Shown: positions 9,438-18,584 of the stretch, in pieces
How positions within the stretch are numbered: position 1 is the first letter of the stretch
Layout: each line of letters begins with the position of its first letter
Source: an uncultured Candidatus Saccharibacteria bacterium
GTDB taxonomy: Bacteria; Patescibacteriota; Minisyncoccia; Phycocordibacterales; Phycocordibacteraceae
Direction of reading: 5' to 3'
Assembly: GCA_964638585.1 (NCBI GenBank)
Contig: CAZXAN010000003.1
Span: 30,047-94,046, forward strand
DNA length: 64,000 nucleotides
The notes under the pieces: model-generated
Told to the model about the DNA's origin: nothing
Database searches by the model: none
The model's input: only the letters and a program-made list of their open reading frames with translations
Made by a program: the position numbers and the translations under genes

Positions 9438-12074
9438 CTAATACAAATCGTTCAACTTGGCGCGCGTAATAGCTCCGACGTAGCCGGTGGTTTCAATGCC
9501 GTACTTCTGCTGGAAGTCTTTCACTGCGTTGAAAGTTTGGCTGTAGAAACCGCCTGTGATTTCTCCAGTGAAGAGACCTTCCATCGTGAGCGCTGTCTGA
9601 AGCGCCTTTACGTCAGCGGTATAGGGAGAGCCTACCTGCAGGTCGTTAGACCAAGTGTACGTATACTTAGTGCTCGCGCCCAAGACCGAGAATACCGGCC
9701 ATATCTGCGTGCCGGCATAGGTACATGTGTATTTACCACCACTCTCTGCGTTATATGATGAGCACCACGACATACAAGCGTCTTGTCCACCCTCGATGTT
9801 TATCGTACTCGTATACGCTTCACTGTAGTAGGTACAGGCAACAGTGGCTGACGTAATCGTAAACGACCCAACGACCTGTGGGCCAACAGCAGAATATGAC
9901 GCAGTCGCAGGATAGTAGCCGTAGCCGTTATAGGTACCAGTTTGAGAAGCCGAGAAGGTCCCTGCAGGAGTATAGGTAATGACTTCTGTAGAGCCGTTAC
10001 CTCTGGTCCACTCATCACTCGTATAGTCGCGGTAATTAGTGGGCGCATTATTGCAACCTGTGTCACCACTCTTAGCAGCACATGCCTTCACTGAAATATT
10101 TCTATTAAGTCCGGTTACTTTGACAAATAGATTTTGATCTGTGCGTACAGAGCCATTAAGAGTCCATGGGCCACTCACTGAATCAGAAACATATGTTCTC
10201 ACATTGTCTAGAGACGGAGGAGTAGAGACACTGCCGGAAGTCACTGTGAATTGTCTCGCATTACTGGTGCCGTTCGCGTTACCAACTGTGATGTTGTACG
10301 TGCCCGGGGTAACAGGAGCTGGACCCACAAAACACTGTGCACCTGCCGGACAATTATTCAACTCAGACGGAACGATAAAATTCAATCTTGTTAAGAGTCC
10401 GCCAATTGGAGCGGAAAATGGAACAACAAAACCGTTAAAATAAACGGTGCCATTATACGTAAAATCTGTGCCGTAAATGGTGACCTGTGTCCCTATAGGT
10501 CCGGATGTCGGCGAGAGCGAAGTGATTGTAGGCGCTTGTGTAGCTGAACCACTGACGTTCACACTGACGCTTGTTTGTGCTGTTTGACCAGAGTTGTTGG
10601 TAACTGTGAATCTTGGAGCATAATTCCCTGCTTGGTTATAGGAGTGGGTAAATGTTGCCTGTTGGCTTGTCGGATATGCATAAGCTAATGAACCGGAGCC
10701 ACTGCCTGCAGATGCTTCATCTCCCCACACCACACTGTAGTTGAGATTGCCTCCATTTGGATTTGACGCATTCACCGTCCATGTTCCCTGCTGACTGACC
10801 TGAAGCGAGACCGGACCGGAAACACCTGAAATAACTGGCGCTTGTGTGGTTCCGCTCGTAATCGTGAAGTAACTATCGCTTGAGTCGCATGTGGAAGTGC
10901 CGGATTGGCAGACTTCAATTATGTATGAACCATCTGATGGTAAGGATTGTCCTCCAGTAGAACTGTTTGGCCCTCCTTCGTATGAAGCTACCAGCCAGCT
11001 GAATGAAGAACCAGTAACTCTTTTTGCAATCGTGTACGGTGCATTATATGGATACGATGGACATATGTTGCCGGTACAAGGTGCGTAATATGGAGATAAC
11101 TTGATGTCATATGGAAGCCCTAGACACGAGCTCCCAGAAGGACAGATGCGAGAAATAGCAGTCCAGTCAGACCAGGAAATAGTTTGTGTCGTTCCCTTGG
11201 TCCATGTTTCTCCGCCATTAGGAGATGTGACTGTTATTGGTCCTTGTGCTGTTCCACCAGAAGTTACCGTGATGATAACAGTACCGACTGTTTCTTGGCG
11301 AGAGTACCAATCCGCACAAGCAATTTCGCTTGTTCCACTACAGGTGTTATACACTGTCTTCATTAGTTTTGCCGTGTAAGTACCGACAGAGGTGTAGGTG
11401 TGGGGGTTGGTCATGTAACAGATGCCTGCATAAGTGCAATTGTTGTCCCTAATAGGTTCAGAGGTGAGCCCGTCACCGTAGTTTATTGAGTATGGGGTCG
11501 CATATTCCCCCGAATACGCAGATTGAATTGAAAACGTCACAGCAAGAGGAGCCGGTCCAGAAGTCGGGTAGGCAGAGAAAGTATTGCTCGGCTGCGGAGG
11601 AGGAGTGATTCTGCATCCATACAAGCTATTCAATTTCGCTCTCGTGAGCGGGCCGACATAGCCAGTCTGACGGATGCCGTACTTGGCTTGGAATTGGACA
11701 ACGGCAGAAGCAGTATTTTCAATAAATACTCCATCATCGGATACCAGAGTGGCTGGCTGACCCTCAAAAGAGACTGGATCGCCAACACCCTCTTTTTGAA
11801 GAACAGTATCAAGTGCTCGCACATCGCTCCCATTGCTTCCTATGGTGAGATTGGCGTTAAACGTATGACACCAAGGTTGAGAACTGCCACTTCCACCACT
11901 TGAACCCGTGAGAGCAGAGTTGACATTTGAAATAGTCGCGCTGTCTGCACCAAAGGACGAAAGGAGCGAGAGGATAGCCTGCACCTGCGCATTCGTCAGA
12001 CCGGCGGCCTGCGTAAGCGAAGGAGAGAGCACTACAGAAACCGCAAGAACAGCGCTAAATAAGTACTTTTTCAT
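9438..12074 (-). CDS. Large secreted protein with N- and C-terminal peptidoglycan-binding (PG_binding_1-like) domains and central Ig/PKD-like Cys-rich modules
   Basis: Signal peptide present. PG-binding-like segments are found near both termini (...QFQAKYGIRQTGYVGPLTRAKLNSLYG and ...DFQQKYGIETTGYVGAITRAKLNDLY). The central region is Thr/Ser/Gly-rich with paired Cys residues. Confidence 0.7.
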   Translation of the reverse strand: MKKYLFSAVLAVSVVLSPSLTQAAGLTNAQVQAILSLLSSFGADSATISNVNSALTGSSGGSGSSQPWCHTFNANLTIGSNGSDVRALDTVLQKEGVGDPVSFEGQPATLVSDDGVFIENTASAVVQFQAKYGIRQTGYVGPLTRAKLNSLYGCRITPPPQPSNTFSAYPTSGPAPLAVTFSIQSAYSGEYATPYSINYGDGLTSEPIRDNNCTYAGICYMTNPHTYTSVGTYTAKLMKTVYNTCSGTSEIACADWYSRQETVGTVIITVTSGGTAQGPITVTSPNGGETWTKGTTQTISWSDWTAISRICPSGSSCLGLPYDIKLSPYYAPCTGNICPSYPYNAPYTIAKRVTGSSFSWLVASYEGGPNSSTGGQSLPSDGSYIIEVCQSGTSTCDSSDSYFTITSGTTQAPVISGVSGPVSLQVSQQGTWTVNASNPNGGNLNYSVVWGDEASAGSGSGSLAYAYPTSQQATFTHSYNQAGNYAPRFTVTNNSGQTAQTSVSVNVSGSATQAPTITSLSPTSGPIGTQVTIYGTDFTYNGTVYFNGFVVPFSAPIGGLLTRLNFIVPSELNNCPAGAQCFVGPAPVTPGTYNITVGNANGTSNARQFTVTSGSVSTPPSLDNVRTYVSDSVSGPWTLNGSVRTDQNLFVKVTGLNRNISVKACAAKSGDTGCNNAPTNYRDYTSDEWTRGNGSTEVITYTPAGTFSASQTGTYNGYGYYPATASYSAVGPQVVGSFTITSATVACTYYSEAYTSTINIEGGQDACMSWCSSYNAESGGKYTCTYAGTQIWPVFSVLGASTKYTYTWSNDLQVGSPYTADVKALQTALTMEGLFTGEITGGFYSQTFNAVKDFQQKYGIETTGYVGAITRAKLNDLY

Positions 12075-12153
12075 AAGGTAAATATTGTTCTTAATAATGC
12101 AACAATAATATAGCTTTATTCTAATAAATCAACCCCCTATCGAACCCTATAGT

Positions 12154-12285
12154 CTAATACAACTCGTTTAGTTTAGCTCTAGTAACAGGACCAACAAAGC
12201 CTGTGTAATCAATGCCGTACCTGAGCTGGAAATCTTTCACGGCAGTGAATGTCTGATTGTAGAAACCTCCGATGATATCACCTGC
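12154..12285 (-). pseudogene. Orphan 43-codon remnant of a PG-binding domain (GDIIGGFYNQTFTAVKDFQLRYGIDYTGFVGPVTRAKLNELY*)
   Basis: Homologous to the C-terminus of the 878-aa protein. It is bounded upstream by an in-frame TAA and has no start codon. It lies between the pilM stop and the 878-aa gene. Confidence 0.7.
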
Positions 12286-12297
12286 TTAGTGGATAAA

Positions 12298-13398
12298 CTA
12301 TTCATCAAGCTTGCGGAGAGCGAGGCCAACAGCGACGGCAAATTCGGGACCGATATTTTCAAGAACCGAACGCATAAAGGCCGGTGCAGATGTCTTGGCA
12401 AATGGGTCGGCGACGCGCACGTCTATAGAGAAAATATTTTTTGCATACGCGCTGAGCTCTTTTGTCACACCACCACCACCTGTGAGGACAATAGAGGTTA
12501 TAGATTTTCTGTGCGCAGTCTCATACTGTATCAGGACACGACGCACCTCTGAGAAGATACGTGAGAAAACGAGTTCTGGAGAGCCGAGTGTACTCTCTCC
12601 GCCAATGCCCTCTTCTTTTTTCATAACCTCCGCTCGTGCAAGAGAGACGTTGCCAGATACTGAAATTGCGCGAGTGATATCTTGGCTCCCGATACTTATA
12701 GAATGAGAGAGAGCGACAACACCATGTTCTATAACATATGCCTTGGTTGAAGCCGCACCTACGTCAAGTATCATTACCGACTTAACAGGCTCGTCAATCG
12801 TCGCGCGAATAGTACTAAAGATCTCTATTTCGTAGAAACTCGCTAAGAGATTTGCGCCGGCGACAATGCTTTGAAGTTGAGAAAGTTCATCATTATGCAC
12901 AGCGACAAGAAGCACTTCAACTTTTTCTACAGAATCTGTCGTATCGCTGGCGGATTCTTTTGACTGTTTTGGTCCAGATTGAGGTACGATAAACCAGTCA
13001 AATTGCACTTCGCTCATAGGCACAGGGATATATTTGCGCGCTTCAAGCTCTATGACAGTCTTCTGTTCTTTTGGATCAGAACGATATGGCAATTCCACTA
13101 GAATAATCAAGGAGCGTGCGAACGGAATAGAAACACCGCAATTATTAGTTGTTACCTTAGATTCGCGCAAAAGATCCTTCAAAGTTTCGGTAATTTGTTC
13201 GGCAGACAGGTTGGTCGCCTGACCCACTTCACCGCCGCCGTATGGGCCAAGAGCTAGCTCGCCATAGGTCTCTAATACTGCCTGCCCCTTCTCCTTGCGC
13301 AATTGCACGACCTTAAGCGACGAAGAACCTATGTCTACGCCAAGAACGCTCTTTTCCTTTTTTGCGAATAAATTATTAAAGAAAGACATATTTACCAT
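12298..13398 (-). CDS. pilM: Type IV pilus assembly protein PilM (actin-like ATPase)
   Basis: VLGVDIGSSSLKVVQL... is an actin-fold N-terminus. The chosen start MVNMSFF avoids overlap with the divergent comFC gene. Confidence 0.85.
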   Translation of the reverse strand: MVNMSFFNNLFAKKEKSVLGVDIGSSSLKVVQLRKEKGQAVLETYGELALGPYGGGEVGQATNLSAEQITETLKDLLRESKVTTNNCGVSIPFARSLIILVELPYRSDPKEQKTVIELEARKYIPVPMSEVQFDWFIVPQSGPKQSKESASDTTDSVEKVEVLLVAVHNDELSQLQSIVAGANLLASFYEIEIFSTIRATIDEPVKSVMILDVGAASTKAYVIEHGVVALSHSISIGSQDITRAISVSGNVSLARAEVMKKEEGIGGESTLGSPELVFSRIFSEVRRVLIQYETAHRKSITSIVLTGGGGVTKELSAYAKNIFSIDVRVADPFAKTSAPAFMRSVLENIGPEFAVAVGLALRKLDE

Positions 13399-13406
13399 AT
13401 AATACC

Positions 13407-14042
13407 ATGATGAGGCTCTTTGATTTCTTATTCCCTCCTCGCGCAGATGAGATAGCTGTGCGCGACATTTCAATAGATGATTTTTTGGTAAAAGTCTCTC
13501 CAAGTCTAGTCACATGTACAAGACCTGCCACAATTACCTTGCTGCCATTCCACGATCCTGTTGTGCGTTCTGCTATACACGAAGCGAAGTACCACGGTAG
13601 CGCCCGAGCATTTGAACTGCTCGCTCTCGCTCTCGCCGACTATCTCCGCGATGCAGATGATGTTGGACGTACGACGTCCAACACATTCCTAATACCTGTG
13701 CCGTTGGGAAAAGAAAGAAGAAAAGAGCGTGGATATAATCAGATAGAAGAGGTGGCGAAGTTAGCTGGAAAAGAATTAGGGATGCAAGTAGAAACTGACT
13801 TACTCATCCGTACGCGCGAAACAATATCCCAGATTTCGCTTCCGCGCGAAGAACGGGAAAAGAATTTGCGTGGCGCATTCATTGTCTCGCCGAAGCTCGA
13901 AGAGCGGAGGCGGATCGATCCAACATGCACATACATATTAATAGATGACGTCATCACTACTGGCGCAACGCTCCAATCCGCCATTGATGCTCTTAAATCA
14001 GCCGGCGCGCTTCATATCATTCCGCTCGCCTTGGCTCACTAA
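13407..14042 (+). CDS. comFC: ComF family protein (phosphoribosyltransferase domain)
   Basis: C-terminal PRTase motif ILIDDVITTGATL. Divergent from pilM. Confidence 0.8.
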   Translation: MMRLFDFLFPPRADEIAVRDISIDDFLVKVSPSLVTCTRPATITLLPFHDPVVRSAIHEAKYHGSARAFELLALALADYLRDADDVGRTTSNTFLIPVPLGKERRKERGYNQIEEVAKLAGKELGMQVETDLLIRTRETISQISLPREEREKNLRGAFIVSPKLEERRRIDPTCTYILIDDVITTGATLQSAIDALKSAGALHIIPLALAH

Positions 14043-14063
14043 ATTTGATAAAGTACTTGCACA

Positions 14064-14153
14064 GGAGAGGTGGGTGAGTGGCTGAAACCAGCACGCTGCT
14101 AATGTGCCAGACCCGAAAGGGTCTCGAGGGTTCGAATCCCTCCCTCTCCGCCA
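14064..14153 (+). tRNA. tRNA-Ser (anticodon GCT)
   Basis: Acceptor GGAGAGG/CCTCTCC, anticodon stem GCACG/TGTGC with loop CTGCTAA, long variable arm, T-loop GGTTCGAATCC, discriminator G and encoded CCA. Confidence 0.9.
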
Positions 14154-14647
14154 TGACGAAACAAAAGAGCATATTGTTTGTATGTACTGGTAACGTGTTC
14201 AGAAGTGTTAGTGCCGAACAGTGCTTTAAAAAATACTTGTCTGATAACAATATTTCTGATTGGAAAGTCGGCTCTGCTGGCATTATTGCAGACGAAGCCT
14301 CTGTTGATCCAAAAATATTAGAAACTCTTAAGGAGCTTGGCATTGACAATGTTGTCTACCAGCAGAGAAAACTGACTCGCGAGATTCTTGAAGATTACGA
14401 CGTAATAGTCGGCATGGCAGAGAATCATATTGAATTTATGAAGTCAGAGTTTGGTTATAAATACGCGATCCTGTTCAACGAATTAGCATCAAACGAGAAA
14501 ACTTCAATTTGGGACATAGAGGACGAAATTCCTGATTATCTTACAAACCGATCTGCCGTAGAAGAAAAACTGGACCGTACCGTGAGAGAGATACACGATA
14601 AAATCCCATCACTGTTTAAAAATGTAAACGAACGTTTCTACAAATAG
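14153..14647 (+). CDS. Low-molecular-weight protein-tyrosine phosphatase / ArsC-like
   Basis: P-loop CTGNVFRS (CX5R) near the N-terminus (MTKQKSILFVCTGNVFRSVSAEQ). The upstream part of the raw ORF overlaps the tRNA and is discarded. Confidence 0.8.
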   Translation: MTKQKSILFVCTGNVFRSVSAEQCFKKYLSDNNISDWKVGSAGIIADEASVDPKILETLKELGIDNVVYQQRKLTREILEDYDVIVGMAENHIEFMKSEFGYKYAILFNELASNEKTSIWDIEDEIPDYLTNRSAVEEKLDRTVREIHDKIPSLFKNVNERFYK

Positions 14648-14668
14648 AACTGTTATAATCAGGAACAC

Positions 14669-15502
14669 ATGCGAGCTATTGCATTGCGCTCATTAAAGTA
14701 TCTGCTGATTTTTATCGGTGTTTTGGCGGTTGCATATGTCGTTCTAATTATCGCGATAAGACCGTCTCTTAGTCGCGACTGGACAAAAGATCAGATGATT
14801 CTTGCAAGAGCAGAGATAGCTGGAGATAAAGTAAGCATAACGAACATTCGTAATATTAATTACAGAACTACTAGCGACTATGACGTGCATTACTACGATA
14901 AAGAGTTTGATTTAAATAAATTGGAGTCTGTGTGGTATATGGTAGAACCATTTTCTGGACACGGAGCTGGCGCCGCACACACGCTACTATCATTTGGCTT
15001 TGAAGGTGGTGACTATGTAGCCGTATCAGTTGAGATACGTAAGGAGAAGGGAGAGTCCTTCTCCCCTATCAGTGGCATCTTGCGTCAATATGAGCTTGTC
15101 TACGTGATAGCAGATGAGAGAGACGTTATTAAACTACGCTCAAACTATCGTCACGATGACGTGTTTCTATATCCAGTGCAAACGACAAAAGAGAATATGC
15201 GTAAACTCTTTGTGTCTATGTTGCACCGCGCCAACAAACTAGCGACCGAGCCAGAGTTCTATAACACACTTACAAGCACATGTACTACAAATCTCGTGGC
15301 GCATGCCAACGAGATAGTGCCGGGCCGTATTCCATTTAGTTATAAAGTGTTAATGCCAGCATATTCAGACGAGTTGGCACACAAGATCGGGCTTATAGAC
15401 AACACTCTTTCTATAGAAGAAATGCGAGCGAAATATAAGATAAATGAACGTGCGCTTAAATATGCTGACGATCCGTTATTCTCTAAAATGATCAGAGAAT
15501 AG
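14669..15502 (+). CDS. DUF4105-family membrane-anchored protein
   Basis: N-terminal TM helix. Length and motifs (NTLTSTCTTNL) resemble the DUF4105/Lnb N-terminal domain. Confidence 0.55.
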   Translation: MRAIALRSLKYLLIFIGVLAVAYVVLIIAIRPSLSRDWTKDQMILARAEIAGDKVSITNIRNINYRTTSDYDVHYYDKEFDLNKLESVWYMVEPFSGHGAGAAHTLLSFGFEGGDYVAVSVEIRKEKGESFSPISGILRQYELVYVIADERDVIKLRSNYRHDDVFLYPVQTTKENMRKLFVSMLHRANKLATEPEFYNTLTSTCTTNLVAHANEIVPGRIPFSYKVLMPAYSDELAHKIGLIDNTLSIEEMRAKYKINERALKYADDPLFSKMIRE

Positions 15503-15508
15503 ATTCGC

Positions 15509-15554
15509 GCAGAAAAAGAAAACTGGCACCAAAGTGCCAGTTTTCTTTTTCTGC
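15509..15554. terminator. Bidirectional intrinsic terminator with a perfect 21-bp stem (GCAGAAAAAGAAAACTGGCAC/GTGCCAGTTTTCTTTTTCTGC)
   Basis: Sits between the convergent DUF4105 (+) and DUF378 (-) genes. Confidence 0.7.
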
Positions 15555-15575
15555 GTAAATTCGGGTTTGCCGAAT

Positions 15576-15809
15576 TTACATTCCAGAGCCAGAACCGCAG
15601 GCTTTGCAGTCACCCTTGTGTCCTACGGCAAGCACGACTGCTGATAGACCTACTAGCAAGTAGACAAGATTCTCAACTCCAGACCATGAGCCTAAGAGAA
15701 GATTGACTACGTTCCAATTGCTTCCCATCCAGTTACCTAGAGCATAGAGACCCCAGTTGAGGCCGCCGATAATAACTAGAACAAACGTGATTCCATGAAG
15801 TGATTTCAT
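15576..15809 (-). CDS. DUF378-family small membrane protein
   Basis: GGLNWGLYALGNW motif and two TM helices. Confidence 0.6.
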   Translation of the reverse strand: MKSLHGITFVLVIIGGLNWGLYALGNWMGSNWNVVNLLLGSWSGVENLVYLLVGLSAVVLAVGHKGDCKACGSGSGM

Positions 15810-15906
15810 GCAGATGAATAAGGTGGTTAAAGCGGGGATGTGTATCCGCTACCCTAAGTATGACGCATTTTGGCGCTGTCAAAAGACCCCCTGTGCAAAA
15901 CTCCTG

Positions 15907-16299
15907 TTACTGAAACTTGACCTGAAAGCTGTACATTCCCATAGAGCAAAGGCCCTGCAAAGTACCAGTCGCCTGTTCTGCAGATATATTGATATCTTCT
16001 GTACCAGACGATTTGAGGAATTTTTGATATGAGAGCTTAGGGATTACAAGACTCGCCGAGCAATCAAATGTGCCACTTGTGTTCACGCGAAGCACTGTTG
16101 GCACTCCTGCCTTTGCGAGCACGACACGCGGAGAATATCCGCCTTTTGCAGTTATATCTATAAACTGTTTGCCGTCTACGACCTGCGCAACAGGCTGACT
16201 GCCTGCAGTATCGTCATTTTTTGGGCCAGAAGATGCCCAAAATGCCCAGCCCACAAGCACTGTGGTGATTGCGATAGCTATGGCAACTTTTGTATCCAT
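15907..16299 (-). CDS. Cupredoxin-like domain protein (Cupredoxin_1 type)
   Basis: KGGYSP..V.AKAGVPTVLRV...SGTFDCS..LVIP...........GTLQGLCSMGMY matches the cupredoxin-like fold found next to copper ATPases. Confidence 0.6.
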   Translation of the reverse strand: MDTKVAIAIAITTVLVGWAFWASSGPKNDDTAGSQPVAQVVDGKQFIDITAKGGYSPRVVLAKAGVPTVLRVNTSGTFDCSASLVIPKLSYQKFLKSSGTEDINISAEQATGTLQGLCSMGMYSFQVKFQ

Positions 16300-16303
16300 A
16301 TTG

Positions 16304-17347
16304 TTAAAAATTAAATAACGGATTAATAATGCCGGCTGTGGCGAGAGCGTTTGTGAGATTCAAAAGCGCGAGAGCGATAACGATTATACCAGCAGTCTTG
16401 AAGAAGATACCCTTCCATGGCTTGTGTGCAATATTGAGGGAACCAAACGATAGAAGTGCGAGAACAGGCAGGGTGCCGAGCGCAAATACAAACATTGTCA
16501 TCGCTCCCTGCATAAAGTCGCCAGTAGATAGAGCGTAGATCTGCATAGACTGCGTGAATCCGCATGGTAAAAAGAATGTGCCTACGCCAACAAGAACTGG
16601 AGCAAGATAATGATCATGTTTACTGCCCTTTACCACGTGCTTGCCAAAGAAAGCTGGCAAAGTGAATTGCAATTTCTTCGTGAAGTGGAACACGTCAAGC
16701 AGGTTGACACCGAGAATTAGCATTACGAGAGCCACGATTACACCCAAGACGATATTTGCTGTAAGCCCTAGATGCATAGAGTTGCCCAAGAGGCCTACAG
16801 CCCCGCCGAGAACAAAGAACCCGACGATACGGCTTATGTGAAAGAGCGCGAGAGTGCGCCACGTGCCACCCTCTCTCGCAGAGCTCGCCGATAGCGAGAG
16901 CACAAGCCCACCGACTATTGCGAGACATGAGGAAACCGAGGCAATGAGGCCGATAATAAATGCTGTGCTGTAACTCACAGAACCGCCACCAATAAGATTG
17001 GTGAGGCCTGCCTTCTGTAACAGAATAAAACCTAAGATAATCACAACTGCGATTGGTAACGCATATGCAAAGTCGCCCCACCCGGCGTTATGCGCAACTT
17101 TTTCAACAGAAATAGTGTAGCCCTTATCGTGCACAAGCTTGGTCAACTCACTCGCAATTTGTTCAGGTGTTCCACCAAAGTCGCCTGTGACGGTGACTTG
17201 GTGAGTATCTAAAGACACCTTCACGCTCTTTATATGAGATTGTTCTGTGAGTATCTGCTCAATAAGCACCACGCAAGCGGCACAATGTGTGCCACTAACG
17301 TGAAATGTATATGTCTTTTGATTTGATTCAGGAGTCAGAACCGCCAT
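16304..17347 (-). CDS. HMA (heavy-metal-associated) domain fused to a polytopic DsbD_2/TauE-like membrane domain
   Basis: N-terminal HVSGTHCAACVVLIE metal-binding MxCxxC fold followed by 6-8 TM helices. Confidence 0.65.
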   Translation of the reverse strand: MAVLTPESNQKTYTFHVSGTHCAACVVLIEQILTEQSHIKSVKVSLDTHQVTVTGDFGGTPEQIASELTKLVHDKGYTISVEKVAHNAGWGDFAYALPIAVVIILGFILLQKAGLTNLIGGGSVSYSTAFIIGLIASVSSCLAIVGGLVLSLSASSAREGGTWRTLALFHISRIVGFFVLGGAVGLLGNSMHLGLTANIVLGVIVALVMLILGVNLLDVFHFTKKLQFTLPAFFGKHVVKGSKHDHYLAPVLVGVGTFFLPCGFTQSMQIYALSTGDFMQGAMTMFVFALGTLPVLALLSFGSLNIAHKPWKGIFFKTAGIIVIALALLNLTNALATAGIINPLFNF

Positions 17348-17366
17348 TCTACCATCTTTTTTTTAT

Positions 17367-17621
17367 TTACGCTTTGATTCTGTTAAATAGATACGCGAAC
17401 AGGCTGACGGCCAAGAGAGCAATCACGTTCCATATCACGAGACCGGAGACGAAAGTTGTGAGTGTCATGACATTTCCGCCCAAGTTCGTCGTCGTGTGCA
17501 GTGCATACAACATGAAAGTTGACCGAATGTTCGGAAACAGCAGTACGCCTACATAACAAACCGTCCACACAATGCTAATCCACGCGACCGTTACTTTCTG
17601 AATATGTTTTGTGTTAATCAT
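17367..17621 (-). CDS. Small hypothetical membrane protein
   Basis: 84 aa with 2-3 TM helices, inside the copper cluster. Confidence 0.4.
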   Translation of the reverse strand: MINTKHIQKVTVAWISIVWTVCYVGVLLFPNIRSTFMLYALHTTTNLGGNVMTLTTFVSGLVIWNVIALLAVSLFAYLFNRIKA

Positions 17622-17653
17622 ATAGATATTATATTACTTTTTAATAATTCTGT

Positions 17654-18571
17654 TTAGGCTGAACAGCCGCCACCACCCTGTACCTGTTCCGGTAGAGTGA
17701 CTTGAGAAGAAATGTTCTGGTAGCCGGATGAGCTGGAGTAAGGCGCGCTCAACATTTCTTGTGGGGACACATCTTTCCATGCTATCCCTTTATTTTTCAT
17801 ATACGTAGCGAGAGTAATGTATGTTTCTGGAAACCAATATGAATTTACAGCGAGAGCGACATTATACATCTCTTGTTCTCCAATACCCTGTGATGCCATG
17901 AGTTCCAAGAGGCCGAGCATCGCCATACCGTGATTGCAGTCCGGGAAGTGCGTGGAATTGCCGCAACACGGACGGAATATCCCACGAGATACGCGGTCTA
18001 CAAGCGTCTGTTGGTCGGCCGTAAGCGACACAAGCGCGTGTTTGTTGTAATGATTCATTGCATCGCCCTTCGCTAATGTCCACCCGCCTGTTGACGCGAA
18101 GTTCTCTGCTCCGCCGTATGACGGATTCATCATTTCTGATTTATCTTCGAGAATAGAGTTTTTGTTCGCGAGACCGAGCGCCCACAGGAGATTCAGAAAG
18201 TAGCCTGAATTTGAACTTGTGATAACTATTTTTTCACTGTTATTTTTTTCCAGCATTGTCTTATACGCTGGTGGGAATCCTCCGCGATCTTTATACAGGG
18301 CTTCAAGCTTTACTTTGTCAATTGCGCCAACTTCTACTAATTTTGCGCCAAGATCGCCCCATGATACTGGTAGTGTAACGCCATCACTCGGCAGAACTGA
18401 CTCCTGAAGTTGCGTTTGAGCTTTTGCATCTGCTGTGGTGTCTTTAGTTCTCTCTGTTGGACTATAATACAAAGCCATGGCGATAAATACACCAGCCGCG
18501 AGAATACTTATTGGCGTTGAGTACCCTTTTACGATACCTTCTATTGTTCTTTTTTTTGTTTCTGTTTCCAT
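17654..18571 (-). CDS. Membrane-anchored extracytoplasmic Cys/His-rich protein of unknown function
   Basis: N-terminal TM helix and a cluster RPCCGNSTHFPDCNHGMAML. It is co-directional with and tightly spaced among the copper/thiol-redox genes. Confidence 0.45.
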   Translation of the reverse strand: METETKKRTIEGIVKGYSTPISILAAGVFIAMALYYSPTERTKDTTADAKAQTQLQESVLPSDGVTLPVSWGDLGAKLVEVGAIDKVKLEALYKDRGGFPPAYKTMLEKNNSEKIVITSSNSGYFLNLLWALGLANKNSILEDKSEMMNPSYGGAENFASTGGWTLAKGDAMNHYNKHALVSLTADQQTLVDRVSRGIFRPCCGNSTHFPDCNHGMAMLGLLELMASQGIGEQEMYNVALAVNSYWFPETYITLATYMKNKGIAWKDVSPQEMLSAPYSSSSGYQNISSQVTLPEQVQGGGGCSA

Positions 18572-18584
18572 AATTTAATTTTAA

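Noticed and set aside
12298-13503. Long N-terminal extensions of several raw ORFs (pilM from 13503, MBL RNase from 55250, secY from 58609, rplO from 59084, rplX from 62700, the HTH gene from 61769, secG from 40719, and the partner gene from 25208).
   Set aside because: The extensions overlap upstream genes or lack homology. Internal Met starts matching family N-termini were chosen instead.
14017-14349. 110-aa minus-strand ORF, plus the N-terminal part of the + strand ORF 14078-14647.
   Set aside because: Both overlap the tRNA-Ser gene (14064-14153). The real CDS is the LMW-PTP starting at 14153, and the antisense ORF has no support.
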